A stretch of DNA of 64,000 nucleotides from Eledone cirrhosa (GCA_964016885.1 OZ024757.1:6448001-6512000); one strand, 5' to 3'; shown: positions 1-12,800, counted from the first letter of the stretch. Numbers and translations: made by a program. The notes: generated by a model from the sequence alone, not told the origin.

Positions 1-239
1 TTCCACAACGTATATACTTCGACCTTGTTTTTGATATAAACCATGTTGGACATTGTGTCTTTCTCTACAAACTCATCCCTAACCCCCGCCATTACCTCCC
101 CTTTCTCCCACTCATTCATTTCGGTGTTTCCAAAGCTAAGTGTCCATCTTCGAAGTTCTTGCATACTTGCCTTGTGTAATATGTCTACTTATATCTGCTT
201 ATTTCCCCCGAATCTCCTGTGATGATATATGTCATGATG

Positions 240-2932
240 GCTACCTATCTCACAATTTCCCACTCACCAGCATAGGCTATTTGACCAATCAAACCTCAGC
301 AACATGTCCTTACACATTACCAGCCCCAACAAACTCTGCCATTAGTACTACTGTCCTTCTAGCCCTTACCAGCCCCAACAAACTCTGCCATAACTACTAC
401 TGTCCTTCTAGCCCTTACCAGCCCCAACAAACTCTGCCATTACTACTACTGTCCTTCTAGCCCTTACCAGCCCCAGCAAACTCTGCCATTACTACTACTG
501 TCCTTCTAGACCTTACCAGCCCCAACAAACTCTGCCATTACTACTACTGTCCTTCTAGCCCTTACCAGCCCCAACAAACTCTGCCATTACTACTACTGTC
601 CTTCTAGCCCTTACCAGCCCCAACAAACTCTGCCATTCCTACTACTGTCCTTCTAGCCCTTACTAGCCCCAAAAAACTCTGCCATTACTACTACTGTCCT
701 TCTAGCCCTTACCAGCCCCAACAAACTCTGCCATTCCTACTACTGTCCTTCTAGCCCTTACTAGCCCCAAAAAACTCTGCCATTACTACTACTGTTCTTC
801 TAGCCCTTACCAGCCCCAACAAACTCTGCCATTCCTACTACTGTCCTTCTAGCCCTTACTAGCCCCCAAAAACTCTGCCATTACTACTACTGTCCTTCTA
901 AACCTTACCAGCCCCAACAAACTCTGCCATTACTACTACTGTCCTTCTAGCCCTTACCAGCCCCAACAAACACTGACATTATTACTACTGTCCTTCTAGC
1001 CCTGCACCAAAGTATACTTGATTACTGTTATGTATGGAGGAGCGAAGGATAAATGGAACAACACCGAATAAATAAATGAATATGAATCCGCGAGTTACCA
1101 AGCTCCCATGCAAAGCTTTAATTCAGAAACAGGAAGCATACACATTCCCCTGCAAAAATTCACCCTCTCCCACAAATGATGGCAAATGTCCCAAACTCTG
1201 AGTTGGCAGCATCAACATAAGCACAATGGAAGGAAGGGAAGGAGAAATTATAGACATGCTAGAGTGAAAGGATATTGACGTATGCTGTGTGCAAGAGACT
1301 AGATGGAGAGGAGAGTCCGCTAGAGTCCTTGTAGGCAAAAGTCAGTGCTATAAATTTTTCTGGGTGGGAAATGACAATGGGATAGGTGGTGTAGGTATAC
1401 TATTAACTGACAAATGGGTAGATAAGGTAATAACCACATGTATTGTTAACCAGGTAATACTAGAGGGTGTCATACCAAAGGATAGGTGCAGCAGCATCAT
1501 TGTCAACTGCTACAAGGGTAAAGGAGATGCACTAGATAGAATAAACTATAGAGGTATAAAGCTGATGGACCAGGTTATGAAAGTAATGGAAAGAGTCATA
1601 GCACAGTTGATCAGGGACTGGGTAAAACTAGGTGAGATGCAGTTTGGGCTTGTGCCAGGAAAAAGGACCACTGATGCCCTCTTCCTTCTGAGGCAGTTAC
1701 AGGTAAAGTACCTAGCTAAAAGCAAGCCGCTCTACCTGGCTTTTGTCGATCTGGAAAAAGTCTTCAACAGAGTGCTCCGTGCTATAATCTGGTGGGCTTT
1801 TAGAAAACTAGGAGTAGATTAGTGGCTTGTGAAAGCTGTACAAGCCATGTATAGGGGAGCAGTCAGCAAAGAGTTAACAATGACTATAGCAGGGAATTTA
1901 GCATACAGGTCGGTGTCCACCAGGGCTCTGTTCTTAGCCCTCTCCTGTTTATTATAGCATTGCAGGCTATAACAGAAGAGTTTAAGACCGGATGCCCATA
2001 GGAACTCCTATATGCGGATGATCTTACACTTATAGCTGAATCTATGGCAGAACTAAAGAAACAAGCACCACCAAACTCTGGGAGAGCTCTGTAGAAACAA
2101 TAGACAGCTTTTGCTACCTAGATGACCGAATAAGCAGGAGGTGCGTGTTCTAAAAGTACAGTAACCAGGGTAACAACAGGATTGAAGAAGTTCAGGGAGC
2201 TACTGCCACTGCTAGGTGCAAAAGACTTTTCCCTCAAAATGAAAGACAGACAGTATGATGAGTGCATACGAACAGCAATGTTACATGGTAGTGAGACCTG
2301 GGCGCTGTCTGTAGAAGACTTGCGTAGAAAGAAATGAAGCTTGCATGCTCCGATGGATGTGTAATAGTAATATACATGAACGGCAAAGCATTAACAAATT
2401 GAGAGAGAGACTGAGCATAAGAGGAATCAAATGCTGTGTGAAGGGGAGAAGGTTGTGTTGGTATAGACATGTGATGTGTATGAAGGATGAAAGCTACATA
2501 AACAGATGCAGAGCACTAGAAGTCGATGGAAGCCATGGAGTGGAGGGACCCAAGAAGACCTGGGATGAGGTGATAAAAGCTGACCTTACCCAATTGCACC
2601 ACCCGAAGGCGATGACACCGGACCGTGACCTCTGGCTTCACACAGTAATATAGAAGACCAGACTTCTCACGGGTACAAGCCGAAGCTGAAGCATATAGAC
2701 AATATGCCCCCACCCTCTCCCACTGTAGAGTGGCCATGGAGGTGTCACAACAAAATAGCACCCATCACTCAGTGAGGTTGGTGTTAGGAAGGGCATCCAG
2801 CTGTAGAAATCAAGCCAAAATCGGATCCCATCTGAGCAAGACAAGGTCACCCTACCTGGCACTGCCCAAAACAGGACAACCTGTCTAACCCATACTACCG
2901 TGGAAGAAGGGACGTAAAACAGTGATGATGAT
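240..2932 (+). mobile_element. Internally deleted, degenerate RTE LINE with 5' UTR, APE/RT remnants, 3' UTR and (GAT)n tail
   Basis: ORF pieces QETRWRG..YKFFWVGND, YKGKGDALDR..AFVDLEK and MLRWMCNSN match the intact ORF at 41654-44773; stops and frameshifts present; 5' sequence matches 44840-45020 (minus); ends ggacgtaaaac-agtgatgatgat. Confidence 0.92.
318..1003. repeat. 49-bp minisatellite, about 14 copies
   Basis: Unit CCCCAACAAACTCTGCCATTACTACTACTGTCCTTCTAGCCCTTACCAG in tandem. Confidence 0.97.
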
Positions 2933-3810
2933 ATACATATATACACTGTGTACAGTATATATACACTATATATATTATACAGTATATATACACTATATAT
3001 ATTATACAGTATATATACACTATATATATTATACAGTATATATACACTATATATATATTATACAATATATATACACTATATATATTATACAGTATATATA
3101 CACTATATATATTATACAGTATATATACACTATATATATTATACAGTATATATACACTATATATATTATACAGTATATATACACTATATATATATTATAC
3201 AGTATATATATACACTATATATATTATACAGAGTATATACACTATATATATTATACAGTGTATATACACTATATATATTATACAGTATATATACACTATA
3301 TATATTATACAGTATATATACACTATATATATGTCCAAGAGAAAGGCAATGGCCAATACAGCTTGGCACCAGTGATGTCACAACGTATATATATACTATA
3401 TATATACACTATGTATATATTATATATACACTGTGTACAGTATATATACACTATATATATGTCCAAGAGAAAGGCTATGGCTGATACAGCTTGGGACTAG
3501 TAACATCACAACATATATATACACTATATATATTATACAGTATGTATACACTATATATATTATACAGTATATATACACTATATATATATATATTATACAG
3601 TATATATACACTATATATATTATACAGAATATATACACTATATATATTATACAGTATATATCCACTATATATATTATACAGTATATGTACACTATATATA
3701 TATTATACAGTATATATACACTATATATATTATACAGTGTATATACACTATATATATTATACAGTATATATACACTATATATATTATACAGTATATATAC
3801 ACTATATATA
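2933..3810. repeat. TA-rich ~27-bp minisatellite with embedded SINE-end fragments
   Basis: Unit ~CACTATATATATTATACAGTATATATA; copies of gtccaagagaaaggc..cagcttggcaccagtgacatcacaac near 3332 and 3460. Confidence 0.95.
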
Positions 3811-3997
3811 TGTCCAAGAGAAATGTTATGGCCGATACAGTTTGGCACCAGTAACATCACAACTCATTTCTACAGCTGAGTAAACTGGAGCAATGTAAAA
3901 TAAAGTGTCTTGCTCAAGGAAACAACACATCACCCAGCCTGAGAAACGAACTCACAACCTTTTAATTGTAAGCCCAATGCTTTAACCACTAAGCCAT
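3811..3997 (-). mobile_element. tRNA-derived SINE (family 1)
   Basis: Minus strand begins ATGGCTTAGTGGTTA (A-box-like), then GAGTTCG (B-box-like), then a CTTGAGCAAGACACTT core; recurs at 22927-23113 and 40880-41003. Confidence 0.8.
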
Positions 3998-4571
3998 AAT
4001 ACGTTCCAGAACCAACCGTGATATAGAGAGACCATAAAGACAACCGTTGTTTCCATAGTTTAAGCCTTAAAATACCTCTCATACAAGCTTTAAGTACATA
4101 TAAACTCATTTAAACACACTTTTGTATTTAAACACCAAAAACAGCCAGTAACGATCGTATAGAAACTACCACCAACTATCATACCACTAGTTACCAATGA
4201 GGACTATTGCCAGCCACGGTAGCCACTTGGTAATACACTGCACATCTCCCGTCAATCTATGAAGGGTTTGTAGTAGATTAGAGCAAAACACAATCAGTAA
4301 AACAATAATGGAATGAAAAATATAAACATTTATTCATAAGATGTCCCTTCCTTACGATATACACTTTAATAACATTGAAACTTATTTAATAAGTTTAAAA
4401 TTTAAACACTTTTTATTCAGACGTACCGCGATAAGAAACTAGATATGTTCTAACGAATAATCCGCGATGTGGCGAGGATTACCGCGATAGGAAATTAGAT
4501 ACGTTCCAAAGAAATATCCTCGATGTAACGGGACCGCGAAAAGTTAACCGCGATATAGCGGGGGATTACTG
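3998..4571. mobile_element. pogo/Tigger-like non-autonomous DNA transposon remnant (one end only)
   Basis: Ends ACCGCGATATAGCGGGGGATTACTG followed by TA; repeated ACCGCGA subterminal motifs; paralog at 23114-23699; other terminus not seen. Confidence 0.55.
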
Positions 4572-4626
4572 TATATATACACACACAACATACATCTATC
4601 TATATACACTCAAAACATATATTTCG

Positions 4627-5246
4627 GCTGTGTCATGGTATTAGCTGTCAGAAGTGAAAGTAGAAGAAGGTGACGTCATTCGTCAACCTTCTCAATCCTT
4701 TATTTCCGTATCACTATTCCCTTTATTTATGTTTAGGATTTTCTAAGAGATACGTTTACGATGAGATACACTTATTAAAAAATAATATGGGGACCAAATA
4801 ACCCCGTAATTTTCGAGAGAAACGATAATATACAATCTTATTTAACATGTGGATTAAAAACTACACTAGCTGTTACAATTGTAATTAACGTGTAAGAACT
4901 TAAATGAAAATATAGGTGGCCCTTAAAAGGGCCGGTGTTGAACTTTAATTTGTTTTCTAATTTGATAACCATGACTTGTTTCAACACCGGCCCTTTTAAG
5001 AGCCACCTATATTTTCATTTAAGTTCTTACACGTTAATTACAATTGTAACAGCTAGTGTAGTTTTTAATACACATGTTAAATAAGATTGTATATTATCGT
5101 TTCTCTCGAAAATTACGGGGTTATTTGGTCCCCATAAATAAAATCATAAACGTAAATAAACGGAATAGTGATATGGAAATAAAGGATTGAGAAGGTTGAC
5201 GACTGACGTCACCTTCTTTCTGACAGCTAATACCACGACAGTGCCC
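4627..5246. mobile_element. Foldback/MULE-like palindromic element with ~9-bp TSD
   Basis: Two long inverted arms around a short spacer (~4950-4980); flanked by TATATTTCG / TTTATTTCG; absent from the paralogous site near 23746. Confidence 0.85.
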
Positions 5247-5329
5247 TTTATTTCGATATCTTACATTAAAATGTTGACTGAGGGTGTGACAACTGTTTCT
5301 TGTTTGAGGTTGTTCCAGTGGTTGAAATA

Positions 5330-6051
5330 TAGACGGAGGTAATTAAATAATAAAGACAGTCATGATAACAATATATTTTATATCACATGTAACAGTGGAA
5401 TCTGATGATTGAAAAATATCACATCAACATTTCAGTTTGGAAGTGTTTTTTCTATATATAAAAGTGGAGGAAGAAATATATTTTTCTAATGTTGTTATAT
5501 ATATTTTCACTTGTATATAATTACTGGGTCGTTGTAGGGTTCACATAATTATATTATTTACATACATTAATATAGACATTAAGTAAATCTTTGTCAACTT
5601 ACCTCCTTCACATATAATCAATGTGTTGTGTTGTTAGTTGTTACTAAACAACCAAAGAAATAATCTCTTTGTTATCAAATTAGAAGTTTCAATGTTATCA
5701 GCTTTATTTCACGACATTAACGTTGGTGTATCTTCTTCATCTTTAGTCATAAATTGATATCTTGTCAGAATGAAGTAGTGAGGCTGACTATGTCTTTAGC
5801 TACAGATTTGATAGGAAATATATATATATATTAGGTTGATATGTGGTCTAAAATATATATATTGTCTATAAATGACTGATAGCAGATGTTCTGGTGAAAT
5901 AGTAGTTTTACTACTACAGATTGTAATGGAACTCTTAGTAGACACAATTGTAAAGTAAGAATAGATATGACAGTGTAAGACTGATGTCGGGGAATAAAAA
6001 TTGTGTATATATATATATATTATATTAATTAATATATATATATTGTGTGTG

Positions 6052-6090
<39 letters not shown>

Positions 6091-6320
6091 TTAATTAAAG
6101 TTATATTGAAGACAGCAAGTACTCGGTGTCATTGGAAATGATTTAACTCCCTTACCGGTGTCATTAGTTAAAATTCCCTGATATAATTTAATACATTCAG
6201 ACAGTTCCGATCGTATTTAATTGATGGTAAATCAGAAAGTATCACTCAATAAAATATCAATTATATATCTACGTAGTCTCGTACCCTGCTAGAAATAGCA
6301 GTGAAATTATCCATTACAGA
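5330..6320 (-). promoter_or_regulatory. Conserved non-coding module, copy 1 (putative promoter plus non-coding first exon)
   Basis: Four close copies in the window; minus-strand GAG|GTAAGT donor consensus at 5597-5605; no maintained ORF. Function is inferred. Confidence 0.45.
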
Positions 6321-6436
6321 TTCTTCTTTAAACTCTTACGTTTAGTTAAACAATCAACACAGCAAATCTTTTGTACAGACTTCAGAATAAGCTCGAAAAC
6401 CGGCAGAATATCAGTCTCCTTCTTGCTATATATATA

Positions 6437-6471
<35 letters not shown>

Positions 6472-8065
6472 GCACGCACACATAATATATATACAGTGAA
6501 ATTCCGTTATAACGAAATTCAGGTGGTATAAATATAATTCGTTGTAACGACAAATTCTTTATAATCGAAACAAATCGTTTGTTTGTTGTTCAATTGTATT
6601 CTAGTTATGGTGTTTCACATGGAACCTTATATATATAACACAGAGAAGTATAGAGTCCACGTGAAAATATAAGACAACATATAATCTAATAAGAAGGTTA
6701 AAGAAAAGAAGGAAAAACAAGTGAAATGAAAGAGAAAGTTGAAAGGAAAATGTAAAAAAGAATCATTGAAATAATTATTCTACAAAGTGTTCTGTCTCAT
6801 TTAGAAAGTGTTTTCTATGTTGGCCAGCTAAAATCTTCCCTCACTCAATTGTATCAAGTTAATTAGTTAATTCTAACTTTCCTGTAAAAAATTACTGATT
6901 TCAACAACAACTGTTTGGCTAAAACCACCAACAATAACAAATATGTTTGTTTCGAGAGAAGGAGTGAAGACCTCTATGTGGTTACTTGATCTGTTGGAAA
7001 TAGCAGCCAAATTTCTTTCAGGTCACATACCTTCTTGAATTAAAAAGGGACTGTTTGGTGGGCTGCTTTAAGCCGCAGTTTAAAGACAATAGGGTACTAA
7101 ACGGGGGTTAGTTCCCTAAGGAAATATATATCAGGATTGAGTGACCCAAGTTTCATTTTGACATTTTATTCGTAATCACGTGTAACACATGTTTCGTGAA
7201 TGTATTATATTTATTTCTCCTCCACTGTTTTTGATACATCTCAAAATTCTGTCTATGCAGCCGTCCCTGCCGGACGGGATTTCCAGGGCTCCACATAAGT
7301 CAACATAAGCAACGCATACAACCACGTGCGACTACCCACCAAAAACAAGAAATCAATCACTGAAATATTGACTTAAATAGTCCTTACAAACCTAAGGTAA
7401 CACAGCAAAAAGCCTACCTAGCCTTACCAGGGCGAAAGCTAGGACATTCCACAATTTATTATTCATCTGAACGTTATCTCCATAATTATGTGGTTGGTAC
7501 CAGTACATCTTTCAACAAGATTTCTGCTCTGTTAACCTGGCTTCCACACACTGAAGCATTAACACTGCAGTAACTCAACCACTCTTACAACACGTCGGTT
7601 GTATTTACAAGCAAAAGAAAAGAAAACACGTAAAGATTAATTCAAAAACAAACAAAAAGAAAGATCTATCGCCTTGCTTCTCCATATTTTTATTGAAGAT
7701 TCTCATCCAACATCTGCTAACACAATAAGTTAGTTTCAGAAGCCCCAAGTTCGAGCAGTGATTCGGTAATTTTGGTAAAGTTAAACCTACATAAGTAGAT
7801 ATAATTCAGACTAAGGGTCAGACCTGTAGCAATTGAATGAATTTCTCCACAATTTAGCTGTTCATATTATAGATCATCTTGCCTGTGTTGAAATATGAAA
7901 CCACAGAAGCATCACAATCGCAGCCTTGATCGTGGTTCAGTGACACTACATGCTCAACCTATCGGCCAACAGCTCCTACCCAACAACCAACACAACACCC
8001 CACCTAAAGACAAGAACCTTACAGTTAGCAGCCCGACTCTCTCTCTTTTTATTTGTAATATTATG

Positions 8066-8420
8066 ACGACGGTGGATTGGCAGTATCGGTAGAGGGTCGG
8101 ACGCCATGCTTTCCAGCATAGTTACGTCCCTTTACGATCTGAGTTCAAATCCCGCCGAGGTTGACTTTGCTTTCATCCTTACGGGGTCGATAAAATAAAG
8201 TACCAGTAATGCACTGGGTATTTGCTGGCCTTGTGCCTAAAGTAGAAACAATATTATGACGACGGTCTGATCTGAGTTCAAATCCCTCCGAGGTTAACTT
8301 TGCTTTTTATCTTTACGGGGTCGATAAAATAAAGTACCAGTAATGCACTGGTATTGATCTAATCTACTTTCCCCTCCCCCAACATTGTTGGTCTTATGCC
8401 TATATAAGGAACCAATATTA
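8066..8420 (+). mobile_element. tRNA-derived SINE (family 2), one full and one partial tandem copy
   Basis: TGGCAGTATCGG A-box-like, GAGTTCAAATCC B-box, GGGGTCGATAAAATAAAGTACCAG core, AGTAGAAACAATATTAT end. Confidence 0.85.
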
Positions 8421-8810
8421 TCACGACGGTTCTGTTAACAAATAAACTGTTTATTTAGATTTTTCAAAATTTATTTTAACATTAATTTAGATCAATTACA
8501 ATAATTTTCTGTCATAGACATTAAAATCAAACATAATTTAATCATACATTGTTATTTTTAATAAGTTAGTAATTCATTGTATGTATATAAATAAATAAAA
8601 TATTTTATGTGCATAACTGTCCATCTATATGTATACATGTATGTATAAAAATATATTTACATACATATATACATTTTCAGACGTATAAACATAAGTGTAT
8701 ATATATATATATATTCATATAAATATATATATATATATATACACGTGTAGAATATTTAATGGAATACATAAGAGTATATATTTATAAATATATGTGCGTA
8801 TATATATATA

Positions 8811-9522
8811 TATAACGGAATATTGTGTGTGGTTGTAACGACAAGTGGATGGATGTAACTGTTGGTATGGTGGTTTTGGTGTGAAGAAAAATACCAGGAT
8901 TGTTGTTACAAAGTTTATTTTATTATAACAATATTCAATTTGAATATTGAATGATAAAATAATTGACACAAAATATTCATACAATAATTTGGTGGCTCTT
9001 CGAGCCACGTAAATTCAAATATCACAGAATACGATTATAATACGTGTAAACAGAAATGAATGGTGTGTGTACAAATACTGGACTCACTATGAATACGTCT
9101 GTGCGGCGTATCAGTATATTTACTTATTTGTATTGCAGGAGTCAGCGATCAGCCAGAAAGGTGAGAATAAATGGCAGACTGGTTTTTCGTGACGAGTGCC
9201 TGTAAATGAGATTCGTCTTGTCTGTATCCCACTTCTTTTCTGTTTTTGGCGTAAACCATCCCTGTCTTTATAAGAGTTAAAGTTAGAAGGAAAGATATAT
9301 CCTCTGAACTTTGGTTAGTCTCCCAAGGGATTAGTTTGACAAGTGTAAACAAGTCAGAAAGATGGATATATCCTCTGACTTATTTTCTGTCAGGCGTAAA
9401 CACCTCTGACCTGTGTTTAGCCTCTCCCAAGGGGTTAGTCTCTTGAGCGTAAACAAATTACAACGGCTTGTCCCAGAGGGGGGAAAGCTCAGATACGGTT
9501 TCGAATCTTCGCCGCCGTTATA
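8811..9522 (-). mobile_element. Possible solo LTR or short-TIR insertion in a TA tract
   Basis: Ends TATAACGG...CCGTTATA; internal direct repeats (GCGTAAACA, GATATATCCTCTGA, CTCCCAAGGG); TATA-like (~9270) and AATAAA (~8915) on minus; absent from paralogous units. Confidence 0.4.
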
Positions 9523-10029
9523 TATGTATACACTCACACACACATATTTATATGTATTTGGTGTATACGTTCGTATGTGTGTGGGTATGTGTTGCACCGG
9601 TTTACGTATGTGTGCGCGTGTATATGTGTACGTGCATGTATATGCATGCATGCCGTGTGTTTTCGCATATACACGTGTATAAATGTGTGTATGTATATAT
9701 TTAAGATTCATGATTTCAATAACCTCTGTCATTTTCGTTCTACTAATTTATTTACATTATTCTAAAATCCGAAGCCGAGAATCATTCAGTTTCCTAAATA
9801 ATATATTAGTCTACGACTCCATTTATACCTTAAATGTGGTTTGTCTTGGCGTGTAATTGTTCTCACCGCTCCACATAACGAGGTATGATCTTCGCTTCTT
9901 TCCGTTCATTGCCAGAGAACGTCTTCACGAACCAAAGTATCGTCTTCCTGTTTTACTTCGGTTGCAACATTTTTCGAAATATTTACTTCTACGTTCACAG
10001 ATTGATTTTTTTCAGTTTCAGATCCCGTT

Positions 10030-10890
10030 AAGGGTGAAACCAGCAATTCTTTATGTATGTGGGGTGGGGATTGGAGAGGTAGGTCAGAGGGGTTACTTCG
10101 CTGGTAAGGGGGTGGAGTGTTAAGACGTGGGGAGGAGGAAAATTGGGGCATACTTCAAACCACTAAATGTTGCTTCATCCCGTGGACATGGGAATGCAGG
10201 TCTCCTGCAGTACTGTATAACGCCAGAGATTTCAATCCTGTGTCATCACCTTTGAGAGGTACAATGGTGTCAGGTCAGTTTTTACCTCCTCATCCCAAGC
10301 ATTCATAGGTATTCTTCTTCCATCAATTTCAAGCAGTCAACCTTTTATACGACATCTCTATCTTCATACACATCACATGTCCATACCACAGCAATCTACA
10401 CTCCTGCATACTGTATCTTATCCCTCTCATGCCCAGGTTCTCTCTCAGTTTATTTACACTTTGCTCTTCATGTATATTAATATTACACATCCATCGGAGA
10501 ATTCAAGCTTCATTTCTGTCCAATCTTCGGAGGTCCTCTGCACACAGCGCCCAGATCTCACTGCAATGCAGCATTGCTGTTCATATGCAGACATCAATTT
10601 GATGAAACAACCTTTTGTAGCTAGCAGTAGTAACACACTAAACCTTTGACATCTTGTTCTTACTCTGGTTACTGTACTTTCAGTACACCTACCTCCACTG
10701 CTAATTTGGTCCCCCTGGTAACAGAAACTGTCAACTGCTTCTACAGAATCCTTTAAATATTTGATAGAGCTTGTCTTCTAAAGTGATTGCTTCTTACTGC
10801 TCCAGTGCAGTGACCCCTTGTAAACCCTACATTCTTAGCTAACTCACTATGTATTCCACTAAATCTCTGGTGTACCCATAGTCTCTTTAG
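10030..10890 (-). mobile_element. Old degenerate RTE 3' fragment (part of the duplicated cassette)
   Basis: Minus strand resembles WVHKR..DSFCY..ISSGG..R.R; paralogs at ~26105-26920, 35390-36840 and 53740-55130. Confidence 0.8.
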
Positions 10891-10895
10891 TGTAA

Positions 10896-11088
10896 ATAAT
10901 TGTTTCTACTTTTGACACAATGCCAGCAATTATCCCAGTGTATCACTGGTACTTTATTTTATCGACCCCGTAAGGATGAAAGGCATAGTTAACCTCGGCG
11001 GGATTTGAACTCAGACCATAAAGGGCCGTAACTCTTTGCTGCAAAGCATGGCGTCCGTCCCTCTACCGACACTGCCAATCCGCCGCCT
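10896..11088 (-). mobile_element. tRNA-derived SINE (family 2)
   Basis: Reverse complement of the 8066 element; same insertion at 36846-37042. Confidence 0.85.
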
Positions 11089-11339
11089 TTAGTGTAAATA
11101 ATGTTTCATACACACATGTATGTGTGACCATTGGTTTCTGAGGCCACTTATGGCCACCACTGTTTAATGGGGGAGGCACTTCCAAACAGACCCTTCATTA
11201 AGCATGCTGACAAATATATTAAAAGGAAGTTCTTTCCTCCAACAATTTTCATACCAAACAGAGGAGAGTTTCATATTGTCAAAAAGGGAGGTAAATCTTT
11301 AGTGGTGGAATTGTCAGGCTTAATTATATATGTAATTAG

Positions 11340-11980
11340 ACATACATAGAAGTGGTTGATAGCTTTTGCAATCTAGGTGACTTAATTAGCAGTGGCGGGG
11401 GCTGCTCTGAAAGATGAATAGCTAGGATAAGGATAGGATGGAAAAAGTTTAGAGAGCTACTGCAACAGTTGACCACAAAAGGTTTCTCTCTCTGTACAAA
11501 AGGACAACTGTATGACACATGTGGGTGATGTGCAATGATGCATGGTAACAAAACAAGGGTGTGACTGCAGAGGATATGTAGACAGGAGAGAAATGGAACA
11601 ACCATGCTTTGTAGGATATGTTGTGTAAGTGTGAGAGAAAGGCAGAGCTTGGACGAGTACAAGAAGAAGCTGGGTTTAAGAGTGATCTGAAGTGGTGTGT
11701 AAGAGAGAAGACTGTGTTTGTACAGACAAGGGATGCACATGGATAATGACCGCTGGGTGATGAAGTGCCAGGAAATCCCAGTAGAAGGAAACCATAGTAG
11801 AGGTAGGCCAAGAAAGACCTGGACAGAGGCTGTGTGAACTGACTGCAAAGAACTGACCCTCACAGAGGAGATGACAAAGGAACACGTAAAGTGGAAAGAT
11901 GCCATGTTGAGAAGGACCTGTCCAACCCAAGCAAGCATAGAAAAAGCGACATAAAAACTGATGATGTTGATGAAGATGAC
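11340..11980 (+). mobile_element. 5'-truncated degenerate RTE 3' end
   Basis: [26 protein letters not shown] homology; tail cctgtccaacccaagcaagcat..gatgatg; paralogs at 37296-37930 and 55392-56036. Confidence 0.85.
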
Positions 11981-12304
11981 GTACATATACACACATCCAT
12001 ACACAAATAAATCAAACACAGATATGAACATACGTATATACAAACATAGATACAACATATACATGGACACAAATTTCTACACACATACATTCATATATAT
12101 ATAACGTGTGTAAATTCTGAACAATACAGTTTTGTCGGCAAAACTCTTGGTTACAACTTCGACAAATAAAATTAAACGAGAAGAATTTCTGAGTAAAACA
12201 GTTTTATTCAAGATATTAACAACATTGGTGGCACTATTTTGGGTGAGTGACATGGTTTTCATCTTGTCTAATTATGTTGCATTAAATCATCTTTAGAAGA
12301 GAAC

Positions 12305-12800
12305 GATTTATCACAGACATCACAGTGATATGGTTCCTCTGCTATAGATGTTAGTGTCTAATGAAGTCACAGAATTTAGAGAAGCATTTACCACAGACAT
12401 CACAGTGATATGGTTCCTCTCCTGTAGATGTTAGTGTCTAATGAAGTCACAGAATTTAGAGAAGCATTTACCACAGACATCACAGTGATATGGTTCCTCT
12501 CCTCTAGATGTTAGTGTCTAATGAAGTCACAGAATTTAGAGAAGCATTTACCACAGACATCATAGTGATATGGTTCCTCTCCTGTAGATGTTAGTGTCTA
12601 ATGAAGTCACAGAATTTAGAGAAGCATTTACCACAGACATCACAGTGATATGGTTCCTCTCCTGTAGATGTTAGTGTCTAATGAAGTCACAGAATTTAGA
12701 GAAGCATTTACCACAGACATCATAGTGATATGGTTCCTCTCCTGTAGATGTTAGTGTCTAGTGAAGTCACAACATTTAGAGAAAGATTTACCAAATATAT
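12305..12800 (-). repeat. 80-bp tandem repeat (about 6 copies) derived from a C2H2 finger unit
   Basis: Period 80 (12388, 12468, 12548, 12628, 12708); contains TTTACCACAGACATCACAGTGATATGG, which is PYHCDVCGK on minus. Confidence 0.93.

Noticed and set aside
2922-3883. Y/I/T-rich ORFs on both strands, and similar ones at 16.6k, 25.3k, 34.6k, 52.5k, 59.7k and 62.5k
   Set aside because: Translations of TA/CA micro- and minisatellites; no coding signal.
6494-6570. TA-CAGTGAAATTCCGTTATAACGAA pogo-like terminus
   Set aside because: No matching second TIR found; too short to delimit an element.
8066-8256. tRNA gene
   Set aside because: A/B boxes are present but there is no cloverleaf; it continues into a repeated SINE body.
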